Assembly: GCA_965240325.2 (NCBI GenBank)
Contig: OZ251245.1
Span: forward strand, 558,001 to 622,000
DNA from: Rebecca billardiae RCC1528
Taxonomy: Eukaryota > Protista > Haptophyta
Direction: 5' to 3'
Length of the DNA stretch: 64,000 nt
Below the pieces are notes generated by a model, which was not told the DNA's origin, did not search any database, and saw nothing but the letters and a program-made list of their open reading frames with translations. Shown here piece after piece: positions 10,701 through 22,309 of the stretch (its first letter is position 1; each line of letters starts with the position of its first letter). The translations under genes and the position numbers were made by a program.

Positions 10701-13700
10701 CCCACCCCCGTCGCCGCCTCCAAGCCCGCCACCATCACCACCACCGAGCCCACCCCCGTCGCCGCCTCCAAGCCCGCCGCCACCGTCATCTCCCCCGAGC
10801 CCACCTCCAAGCCCACCACCTTCGCCGCCACCGAGCCCACCGCCCTCGCCACCTCCAAGCCCACCGCCAAGCCCGCCACCGAGCCCACCGCCTCCGAGCC
10901 CGCCACCGAGCCCGCCACCGAGCCCGCCGCCATCACCTCCGCCGAGCCCACCGCCGAGCCCACCACCGTCTCCGCCTCCGAGCCCGCCGCCGTCACCGCC
11001 GCCATCGCCACCACCATCGCCGCCTCCGAGCCCGCCGCCATCACCACCGCCATCACCGCCTCCATCGCCTCCGCCAAGCCCACCACCGAGCCCACCACCG
11101 CCAAGCCCGCCGCCATCGCCACCACCATCGCCGCCACCCAGTCCGCCACCATCGCCTCCGCCACCGTCGCCGCCACCATCGCCACCGCCGAGCCCACCGC
11201 CGAGCCCGCCGCCCTCGCCGCCTCCCAGCCCACCGCCCTCGCCGCCGCCGAGCCCACCGCCGAGCCCGCCGCCCACCCCACCCCCATCGCCACCACCGAG
11301 CCCGCCGCCATCGCCGCCGCCATCGCCGCCGCCGTCACCCCCGCCACGCCCACCACCTAGCCCGCCACCGTCGCCCCCGCCGAGTCCGCCGCCATCGCCC
11401 CCGCCTAGCCCACCGCCGTCGCCTCCGCCCAGCCCACCGCCGGGCCCACCCCCATCGCCGCCACCAAGCCCGCCGCCATCTCCCCCTCCGAGCCCACCAC
11501 CGAGCCCGCCGCCGTCGCCGCCGCCGAGCCCACCACCGAGCCCACCTCCCAGCCCACCACCGTCGCCACCGCCTCGCCCACCACCGTCACCGCCGCCGAG
11601 CCCCCCTCCAAGCCCACCGCCCTCACCTCCGCCGAGTCCGCCCCCCAGCCCGCCACCAAGCCCGCCGCCGAGCCCGCCACCGAGCCCGCCGCCCTCACCT
11701 CCGCCGAGTCCCCCGCCAAGCCCACCGCCCTCGCCGCCACCCAGCCCACCACCGAGCCCGCCGCCATCGCCACCGCCGTCGCCACCGCCGTCGCCACCGC
11801 CGAGCCCACCGCCAAGCCCCCCACCGTCGCCGCCGCCAAGCCCGCCGCCGTCGCCGCCACCGAGCCCGCCGCCAAGCCCGCCGCCCTCGCCGCCACCAAG
11901 CCCACCGCCAAGCCCGCCGCCCTCCCCGCCGCCCAGCCCGCCGCCGAGCCCGCCGCCGTCACCGCCACCGAGCCCGCCGCCATCGCCACCACCCAGCCCG
12001 CCGCCAAGCCCGCCGCCTTCACCTCCGCCAAGCCCTCCGCCGAGCCCACCGCCAAGCCCGCCGCCGAGCCCGCCGCCGAGCCCACCGCCAAGCCCGCCGC
12101 CGAGCCCGCCGCCGAGCCCACCACCGAGCCCGCCACCGAGCCCGCCACCGAGCCCGCCACCGAGCCCACCACCGAGCCCGCCACCCAGCCCACCGCCCTC
12201 GCCACCGCCGAGCCCACCGCCTTCACCTCCGCCGAGCCCACCGCCCAGCCCACCCCCGAGCCCGCCGCCATCGCCACCGCCATCGCCACCGCCGTCGCCA
12301 CCGCCGAGCCCACCGCCGAGCCCCCCACCGTCGCCGCCGCCAAGCCCGCCGCCCTCGCCGCCACCGAGCCCGCCGCCGAGCCCGCCACCGAGCCCACCAC
12401 CAAGCCCACCGCCCTCACCTCCGCCGAGCCCACCGCCAAGCCCACCGCCCTCGCCGCCACCCAGCCCGCCACCGAGCCCGCCGCCATCGCCACCGCCGTG
12501 GCCGCCGCCGTCGCCACCGCCGAGCCCACCGCCTAGTCCCCCACCGTCGCCGCCGCCTAGCCCGCCGCCATCGCCGCCACCGAGCCCGCCGCCAAGTCCG
12601 CCGCCCTCGCCGCCACCGAGCCCGCCGCCAAGCCCGCCGCCCTCCCCGCCGCCCAGCCCGCCACCGAGCCCGCCTCCGTCACCACCACCGAGCCCGCCGC
12701 CATCGCCACCACCAAGCCCGCCGCCCAGCCCACCGCCTTCACCTCCGCCAAGCCCACCGCCCAGCCCACCGCCCAGCCCGCCGCCCAGCCCGCCACCGAG
12801 CCCACCGCCCAGCCCGCCGCCAAGCCCACCGCCGAGCCCACCACCGAGCCCACCACCGAGCCCGCCGCCCAGCCCACCCCCGAGCCCGCCGCCCAGCCCG
12901 CCACCCAGCCCTCCGCCCTCACCTCCGCCCAGCCCGCCCCCGAGCCCGCCGCCATCGCCACCGCCGTCGCCACCGCCGTCGCCACCGCCGAGCCCACCGC
13001 CGACCCCCCCACCGTCGCCGCCGCCAAGCCCGCCGCCCTCGCCGCCACCGAGCCCGCCGCCGAGCCCGCCACCGAGCCCACCACCAAGCCCACCACCCTC
13101 GCCTCCGCCGAGCCCACCGCCAAGCCCACCGCCCTCGCCGCCACCCAGCCCGCCACCGAGCCCGCCGCCATCGCCACCGCCGTCGCCGCCTCCGTCGCCA
13201 CCGCCGAGCCCACCGCCGAGCCCCCCACCGTCGCCGCCGCCAAGCCCGCCGCCGTCGCCGCCACCGAGCCCGCCGCCAAGCCCGCCGCCCTCGCCGCCAC
13301 CGAGCCCACCGCCGAGCCCGCCGCCAAGTCCACCGCCGAGCCCGCCACCGAGCCCACCACCGAGCCCGCCACCCAGCCCACCACCCTCACCTCCGCCCAG
13401 CCCGCCCCCGAGCCCGCCGCCATCGCCACCGCCGTCGCCACCGCCGTCGCCACCGCCGAGCCCACCGCCGAGCCCCCCACCGTCGCCGCCGCCAAGCCCG
13501 CCGCCCTCGCCGCCGCCGAGCCCGCCGCCGAGCCCGCCGCCCTCGCCGCCGCCAAGCCCGCCGCCAAGCCCGCCGCCTTCGCCGCCGCCAAGCCCGCCGC
13601 CCTCGCCGCCACCGAGCCCGCCGCCAAGCCCGCCGCCGAGTCCTCCACCGAGCCCACCGCCGTCGCCGCCGCCAAGCCCTCCACCGAGCCCACCGCCGTC

Positions 13701-15973
13701 GCCGCCTCCGAGCCCGCCGCCCTCGCCTCCACCGAGCCCGCCACCGAGTCCACCCCCGTCACCCCCGCCCAGCCCACCACCGTCGCCTCCCCCGAGCCCG
13801 CCGCCGAGCCCGCCGCCGAGCCCTCCGCCGTCCCCGCCACCGAGCCCGCCACCGTCGCCGCCACCGAGCCCACCGCCAAGCCCGCCGCCCTCGCCGCCGC
13901 CAAGCCCGCCGCCGATCCCTCCGCCGAGCCCGCCGCCCAGCCCGCCACCGAGCCCGCCGCCCAGCCCGCCGCCATCGCCGCCGCCGAGCCCACCGCCCTC
14001 GCCGCCGCCGAGCCCGCCGCCGAGCCCGCCGCCGAGCCCGCCGCCGAGCCCGCCGCCGAGCCCGCCGCCGAGCCCGCCGCCGTCGCCGCCACCCAGCCCG
14101 CCACCGTCGCCGCCGCCTAGCCCGCCGCCCAGCCCGCCGCCTTCACCTCCGCCAAGCCCTCCACCCTCGCCTCCTCCGAGCCCGCCGCCGAGCCCTCCGC
14201 CGAGCCCGCCGCCCAGCCCGCCACCGAGCCTACCACCCAGCCCGCCACCATCTCCACCTCCGAGCCCGCCGCCGTCACCGCCGCCAAGCCTACCGCCCAG
14301 CCCGCCGCCATCGCCGCCTCCAAGCCCGCCACCAAGCCCGCCTCCGTCACCACCTCCCGGCCCGCCACCCTCGCCCCCGCCGAGCCCGCCGCCGAGCCCG
14401 CCGCCTTCGCCGCCGCCGAGCACGCCGCCCACGTCGCCGCCCTTGCCTCCGCCCTCGCCGCCGCCGAGCCCGCCTCCACGCCCACCGCCGCCGCCGCCGC
14501 CGCCCCCGCCCTCGGCGCCTCCAGGCGCACCGCCTCAGCACCCCGCACCGCAGCCGCCGCCGCCATCGCTGCCGCCGAGCCCGCCGCCGCCGCCACGCAC
14601 GGCGCCGTTCCCGCCGCCGAGCCCGCCGAGCCCGCCGCCGAGTGCGCCGCCGCGTTCGCCGCCGCCGCGCCCGCCGAGTGCACCGCCGCCCGCGCCGCCG
14701 TCCGCGCCGCCGCTGCCGCCGCCATCCGTGCCGCCGAGCCCGCCGCCACCGCCGCGCACGGAGCCGTTCCCGCCGCCGTCGCCGCCATCGCCGCCGCCGA
14801 CGCCGCCGCCGACGCCTCCGCTGCCACCACCGCCGAGTCCATCCCCGTCGCCACCGCCGCCGTCGCCGCCGCCGCCACCGCCATCCGCCCCGCCGAGTGC
14901 GCCGCCGCCGCCACGCACGGAGCCGTTCCCGCCACCGTCGCCCCCGGTACCGCCGCCGTCCGCGCCGCCGTCCGTGCCGCCTTCGCTGCCGCCAAGCGCG
15001 CCGCCGTCACAGCCTCCGTCCATGCCGCCGCCGCCGCCGCTGTCGCCGCCGCCGCCGCTGCCATCGCCGCCGCCGAGCCCACCGCCGCCGCCGCGCGTGG
15101 AGCCGTTCCCGCCGCCCGCGCCGCCGTCGGCGCCACCCAGCACGCCGCCGTCCGTGCCGCCGCGCCCGCCGCCAGCTGCGCCACCGCCGCCGTCCTCGCC
15201 GCCGCCGCCGCCGCCGCTGCTGCGCGCGCTCGTCATCGGCCTCTCGCCGAGCGCGCTCGCGCTGCCGCCGCCGCCGCCGTCGCCCGCGTCGGCGCGTGCC
15301 CGCGCGCTGAGCGTGAGCGGTGGCGGTGGCGGTGGCGCGAGCGCTGCGCCCAAGCTCACGCTGCTCGGCCGCGGGTTTGGCGGCGCGGTCGGGCTGCTGG
15401 GCGGCGCGCTGTGCACGCTGCACCCTGCGGGCTCGGGCTCGGACGGCGCGATCGCGTCGGCCGGCGCCGACGCCGCCCTGCTCCGCCTCAACGCGAGCGC
15501 CCTGTCAGACGACTCGGTCGCGTGCCAACTGCAGCCGGGCGCGGCGCCGCTCGGGCGCGGGCTGGGCGCGGGGAGTTACCGCGTGGGTCTGTGGCTGGAG
15601 GGCGGCGCGCTGCCCGTGCCCTCGCTCTTCGGCCCGCCGTCCGTGCGGCTGTACGACTTCGACGCCGAGGTGGCCGTCACCGCCGTGCGCCCGCCGCTCG
15701 GCCCGCTGGGCGGCGGCACGGTGGTCACGCTCGAGGGGCGCGGCTTTGAGCTGGCGGCGGGCGCGGAGGAGGGCGGCGCGGGCGGCGGCGCGGGCGCGCT
15801 GTGCTGCGTCGCGCCCGCGCTGTCCGGCGAGGCGTGCGTCTCCGCCGCCACGCTGCTGCGCCCGCTCAACGGCACGAGCCGCGCGCGCTGCGTCACGCCG
15901 CCCTCCAACGGCAGCGTGGCGTCAGTGGCGCTCGCGCTCGGCCGCGTGTCGAGCGCGGGCGGCGAGGAGGGCG

Positions 15974-16020
<47 letters not shown>

Positions 16021-19000
16021 TCGCTCAGGGCCGCGCAGCGCACGACCACCGCCGGCGCGCCGCCCCTCTTCGACTTGTACGACGAGGCGCAGCTGCGCGT
16101 GCTCGGCATGACGCCTGACCACGGCCCCGCGGGCGTGGCCACCGTCATCTCCGTGGGCGGCGCTGGCGCGCTGCTGGGCGGGGCGCACGTGCGCTTCGCG
16201 TTTGGTGAGGTGGTCGCGCGGCCGCCGCTCGCCGTGGCGGTTGGCGGCGGCACCGTGCTGCAGCGCGCCTCGTTCGCGCGCGCCGACGGCGGCACGGCCG
16301 GCGGCGGCGTGCGCGCGCAGCTGTTCGTCTCGCTCAACGGACAGCAGTTTGTGCCGCGCGCGCCCGGCGGCCCGGGCGCGCGCTACTTTGAGTTTGACGA
16401 GGCGCCGCACGCGCCCGCGCTCGAGGGTGCGCACTTCGACGCGGCGAGTGGCGCGGCGCTGCTGCTGCGCTTCGACGCGCAGCCGACCGACCGCGCGGGG
16501 ATGGGCGGCGGCCTCGGCCCGTGCGCGCCGCTGCTCGACGACGAGACGCTCGCGCTGCTGCGCGGCGACGCGCCGCCCTCCGAGCCGCCGCCGCGCTGCC
16601 GCTGGCGCGACGACTCGACGCTCGAGGCGCGGCCGGGCGCGGACACGCGCGCCGCGCCCGGCATGCGCGTCGGCGTGCGCGCGGGCGCGGTGCGGCCCGC
16701 GGCGTGCGCGTGGGCCGCGTGCGCCGCCGCTGCGCTCGCGGGCAACGAGGCCGCATCCGTCGCCGTCGACCCCGACGCGCCGTGCGGCGACGCGCCGTGC
16801 CCGACGCCCGTCGCGCTGCTGCGCGCGCCATCGACCATCTCGGCGTGCGCCAACGAGTCGCTGTCGCTCGACGGCGCCGCGTCGAGCGCCGGCGGCGTGG
16901 GCGCGCCCGCGTTCAGCTGGGCGCTGGACGCGACGGCGTCGGGGGCGGGCGCGGCGCGCGCGGGCGCGGCGCTGCGCGCGCTGCCGCCCACCGCCTCGCT
17001 CGCGCGGCTCGAAGGCCTCCCCGCCGCCACGTCCGCCCGCGGGTACGTGCTCGCGCTGCGCGTCACCTCCTTCCTCGGCGTGCCATCCGATCTCGCGTGG
17101 GCGGAGGTGCGGCGCGCGGCGCAGCCGAGCCCGAGCGTGGGCATCGACGGCGCGCCCGCGAGCGCGGTGCGCGCGTCGGCGGCGCTCACGCTGAGCGCGC
17201 GCGTGCACGCGCTCGCGCCGTGCTGGCCGGCGGAGCGCTCGCGCCGCGTCAGCTTCCGCTGGCGGCTTGTCGGCGCGACGCCGCTCGGCGGCGGCGGCGG
17301 CTCGGACGGCGGCGCGCCCGCGCTGCCCGACGTGGCCGCGCTCGGCACCGGCCCTGTGCTGCGGCTGCCCGGCCACGCGCTCAGCCCGGGGCACGCGTAC
17401 ACGCTCGAGCTGGGCGCGGCGATGGCGGACGAGCCGAGCGCGGCGGCCAGCGCGACCGCCACCATCCTCGTGCGCCCCGCGGAGCCGCCCGTCGCGGTGC
17501 TGAGCGCAAGCTGGGCGCGCGTGGGCGCGCACGAGCAAGTGGTGGCGGATGCGTCGGGCAGCTTCGACCCGAGCGCGGGCGAGGCCGCCGCCCTCGCATT
17601 CGAGTGGTCGCTGCGCGACGCGGCGAGCGGCGCGGCGCTGCCGCTGCCGCCCAACGCGACCGCCTCCGGAAGCGGCGCCGTGCTCCGGCTGCCCTCCGGC
17701 TGGTTGGGTGCCGGGGCGTTTGCGGTGCGTGTCACCGTCTCGCTGCAGCCGGCGGCGGCGGGCGCGGGCGGTGCGAGCGCGAGCATGGAGGTGGAGGTGG
17801 TGGCGGGCGCCTCCTCGCCGCCCGCCGTGACCCTCGCGCCGCTGCCGCGCGGCCGCGCCGGCGTCGTCCGCCCCACGTGGCGCCTCCCCTCCGAGCGGCT
17901 CTCAATCGGCGCGCGCTCGCCGCTCGACACGGCCGCGTACGCTTACGCGTGGCGCGCGCTCGAGCCCGCGCCCGGCGGCGGCGGCGAGCTGGTGCCCTCG
18001 GCGCTCGAGCTGGGCGACGCGGTGCGCACGACGGCCTCGGGCGCCTCCGGCCCCGCGCTTGCCTTCCGCAGCGGCGCGCTCGCGCCGGGCGCGCAGTACG
18101 TGTTCGAGCTGAGCGTGCGGCGCGTGGCGGACGCGGCGGACGCGCCCGCGGGCGTGGCGCGCGTGGCCGTGCGCGTGAGCAGCCCGCCGCACGGCGGCAG
18201 GCTGGCGGTGTGGCCGAGCGCCGCCGCGGCGGGCGGCGCCGGGCAGCTGCGCAGCGCCCCGGCCGACCCCGTCCTCGCGGTGCGGCTGGGCGAGCGCGTC
18301 GAGCTGGCCGCGCTCGGCTGGACGGCCGGCGGCGGCGCGGACGAGCTGCCGCTCAGCTATGCGTTCGAGTACTCACGTGAGTACTACCCGGCTGGGCTCG
18401 GCGCGCCCAACGGCAGCGCAGCGGCGGGCGCGGAGGGCGCGGTGCCGCTGAGCGCCTTCGCCGCGGACAGCCCGACGCTCAGCGCCGTGCTGCTGCCGCC
18501 GGGCGCGCTGCGCCTGGGCGTGCGCGTAGCGAGTGCGGGCGGCGCGGAGGCGAGCGCGGCCGCGGCGCTCGAGGTGGCGGCGCCGCCGCGCGCGGCGCTG
18601 GACGAGGCGGCGCTCGGCGCGCTGGTGGCGAGCGCGCGCGACGCGCTCGAGCGCGCCGACGCGCCCGCCGCGCTCCGGCTCGTCACCGCCCTCGCGCAGC
18701 TCGACGCCGCCGCGCCGCCGCCGACGCGCGCGCTGCTCGAGTTGACGCGCGCCGCGGGCGCGCTCCTGCCTCCGGTGGCCGAGTCGCGCGCGCAGCACGC
18801 CGCCGCGCTCGCCGCGGTGGCGGAGGCGCGCGCGGGCGCGGCTCTGGACTGGGACGGCGTGGCGCAGGCGGAGACGATCGAGCAGGCCGCCGCGCTCGCG
18901 CGCGCCGCGCTCGCCGCCGGCGCCGGCATCGACTCTGAGAGCGCGGCGGCGCTCGTGCGCGCGGCCGACCGCGCGCTGCTGGCCAACTCGACGCTCGGCG

Positions 19001-22000
19001 TGAGCGCCGCCGACGGGGTGGCGGTGGGGCTCGCGGCGCTGGAGCTGGCGACGACGCTGACGCGCGCGCTGCTCGCTGGGGCCGTGCCGGGCGAGCCCGC
19101 CGTGCAGCTCCACGGCGTCGCGCTCAGCATCGCCGCCGCGCGCGTGCACCCGGCCACCCTGCCCGCGGACGAGGGCGCGGCGGCGGCGTGGGTGCAGCTG
19201 GGCGGCCCGGCGGGCGCGGTGCGCGTGCCCGCGTCGGCGCTCGCCGCGCAGCACGGCGCGTCGCTCGGCGCCGGCGCCGACGGCGCGGTCGACGTCGTGC
19301 TCTCCGCGATCGTCACGCGCGAGATTGACGTCGAGATTGCGCTGCGCAACGCGAGCGCAGGGCCGGGCGGCGCGGCGGCCGCGGCGGCGCTCGCGGCGGC
19401 CGCGCGCGAGCGCGGCGGCGGCGTGGCGACGGCTGTGCTCTCGGCCTCGTTGTATGCGCCGGGCGCGCCGGCCGCGCTGTCGGTGCGCGGGCTGGCCGAG
19501 CCGGTGCTGCTGCAGCTGCCCCCGCTGTTCGGCAGCGCCGCCGTGCGCGGCCTTGCCGACGGGCGCGTCGGCTGCCGCTTCCTCGACGAGGCGGAGCGCG
19601 CGTGGCGCGCCGACGGCTGCGCAGCGGTCGACGCGCCGCCGGGCCGCGATGCGGCGTCGCTCTACTGCGCGTGCGACCACCTCACCACGTTCGCCGGGCT
19701 CGCGCTGCCCGCGAGCGAGGCGGAGGCGGCGGCGGACGCCGAGGCCGTGCGCGTGAACACCTTTGGCGCTGCCGACGCGGCGGCGGTGCTGCGCGAGCCT
19801 GGCGCGGGCGCGCGCGACAACCCGACGATCTACCGGCTGGTGTGCTTGCTGGCGGGCGCGAACGGGCTGGCGCTGGGGCTTGCGCTGCTCGCGGACCGGC
19901 GCGCGCGCGCGGAGTACGAGCGGTGGCACGCGTCCGAGCTCAAGACGGCCGGGATGCTCCCGCCGCCGAGCGCGAGCGCGCGCGGCGGCCGCGGCGGCTC
20001 GATGGGGAGCGCCTCCACCGCCTCCTCCTCCTCCGCCTCGTGCGCGAGCGCGCGCAGCGGGTGCAGCGGCGGCGGCGCGAGCGTGGGCGGCGGCGGCGCG
20101 CTCGCGCGCGCGCCGCTGTGCCCGCAGCCCGCCGCGGGGGCGCCGAGCACGGTGGAGGTGGTGAGACAGCGCAGGCGGCGGGCCGAGTCGGCACAGCGGG
20201 ACGCGCTCGCGGCGGCGGAGGCGGCTGCGGCGGGGGCTGCCGAGGCGGCGGGCGCGGCCGAGGCCGACGCGCCCGCCGCCGCGCCCGCGCCCGCGGCGCT
20301 CCCACGCGGCCGAGCGCTCGGCCGCCGGCTCCCCTCGGCGCGCGCCGGCGCGGGCACCGCCTCCTTCCGATCCGGCGCGTCGAGCGGCCGCGCGGGCGGA
20401 GGCGCGGCCGAGGCCGACGCGGCCGCGCGGCCGCGCCGCGTCGTCTTCGCGGGCACAGCGGAGGCGGCCGAGCTGCGCGCGCGCGCCGCGGCGCGCGCGC
20501 GGCGCGCGCGCGCGCTCGCCTTCGTGCGGCGCGTGGCGGACGAGCACCCGCTGCTGCTGCTGCTCTTTGCGCCGGCCGCGCGCGCCGTGCGCAAGGCCGA
20601 GCTCGTGCAGACGCTTTTCAGCATGGCCGCCCTCCAGCTCGCCGTCGAGTGCCTGCTGTACGACGCGGGCGCGGACGGCGGCGGCGGGCGCGCGCTCACG
20701 GTCGCGCTGTACGCGCTGCTGAGCGCGGCGATCGCGGTGCCCGCGCTCTTCGGCTGCCGCGCCGCGTGGGCGCTCGCGCACGCGGCGGAGCCGAGCAGTC
20801 CGCCGCAGCGGCTGTTCAGCGCACTCAGCGCCGCGCTCGAAGGACGGCTGCGCGTCGCGGCCGGCGGGCGCGCCGCGCGGCTGAGCGCCATCGTGGAGTC
20901 GGCGACCGAGCTGGCCGGCATCCGCGGCGCGCGGCTGGTCGAGCTCACGGAGGAGGAGGAGGCGGCGGGCGAGGAGGGCGGCGGCGCTGCACGCGCCGGA
21001 GCGCGCGAGCCGGCAGCGGCTCCGCTCAGCCCTGGGCGCTCCGCCGACGCACAGCGCCGCTGGAGGCAAGTCGCCGCAGCTGTCAGCGAGCCCGGCAGTG
21101 CGCCGCTGGGCTGCGCGAGGATGCTGCTGCTCGGCCGTACGCAGCCGGTGGCCACGCTCGGCGCCGCGCAGCGCCTCCCGCGCGGCGGCAGCCCTCCGGC
21201 CGCGCACGAGCCGGAGGGCGCGGCGCGCGGCTCGGAGCGGTGCGCGCCCGCCGGCGCAGGCGCCGACCGTGTGCTTCCAGTGCGCGCGGGCCTCGCGCGC
21301 GCCTCCGCGACCGCCGCCGGCTCCGCCGAGGCCGAGGCTGGCGGCGCCACGGCTGGCGCCGGCGGCGGAGACGCGGGGCGCACGGCGCGTCGCTGCACGC
21401 CCGCGCCCCGACCGCGCTCCGCCGGCGCGGGCGTCGCGCTGAGCGGCGCAAGCATCGTCGCGCCTCTGCAGCGGCCGCGCAGCGCGCTCACCCAGCGCCT
21501 CGCCGCTGCTGAGGCGGAGCGGCTGGCGCGCTCAGAGGAGGAGGGGGGGGAGCGGGCCGGCGCGTGCGTGAGCCGGCGGCGCCCGCTGAGCGCGGCGGCA
21601 TCGCGCGAGCTCAGCCGCGCCGGCACCGACGCCGCCGCCGGTGGCTGCAAGCGCCCCCGCCCGCAGAGCGCGGGCGCGGGCCCCGCGGCCGTGGCCGCGC
21701 GAGCGCTTCTAGCCCCGCGCCGCGCGCCCCGGCTGAGTGATGAGGGCTCGGCCAGCGGGGCCGGGCTCACGCCGGGAGGCACGCCGCCACCCGCGTCGCC
21801 GCCGCCCTCGCCACCGCCGCCGCGCCGTAGCTGCCGCATGCCGCCGCCGCCGCGGCCCGCGACGGCGGCCGGCGCCACGCCGTCGGCCGCCGCCGCGCCC
21901 GACGGCGGCCCGGCGCGCCGCGCCGCCGGTCGGCTGCAGCCACCACCGCACGCGCCGCACGCGGGCGCGCAGAGCAAGGCGCCGGCCTGCCGGGCTGCTG

Positions 22001-22278
22001 CGCCGGGCGCGGCGCACCCTGCGCCGCGCCGCGCGCCGCTGCCTCCCCCCAGGACGGTCTCTCTGGGCGGCGCGCAGTGCGTGCCGCCCGCGCGCACGGC
22101 GTGGGCCACCGGCGCGGCGGGCGCGCACGCGGCCGGAGCCGAAGGCCGGCCGGTCGCACGCGCGGCTGCGGCTGCCGCGGCGGCGGCGGCTGCGGCGGCG
22201 GCGGCGGCGGCCACTCCGGACGCAGGCCTGCCGTCGGACGCGCCGCCGTGCCTCACGCGGCCAAGCACCGCCTCGCCA

Positions 22279-22309
<31 letters not shown>

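Noticed and set aside
6624-14432. 2602-aa GGG(L/E/D) antisense ORF and the Ala-rich alternative-frame ORFs over the array
   Set aside because: These are automatic shadows of the stop-poor SPPP repeat. Third-position variation is synonymous in the SPPP frame, which is the one continuous with the flanking domains.
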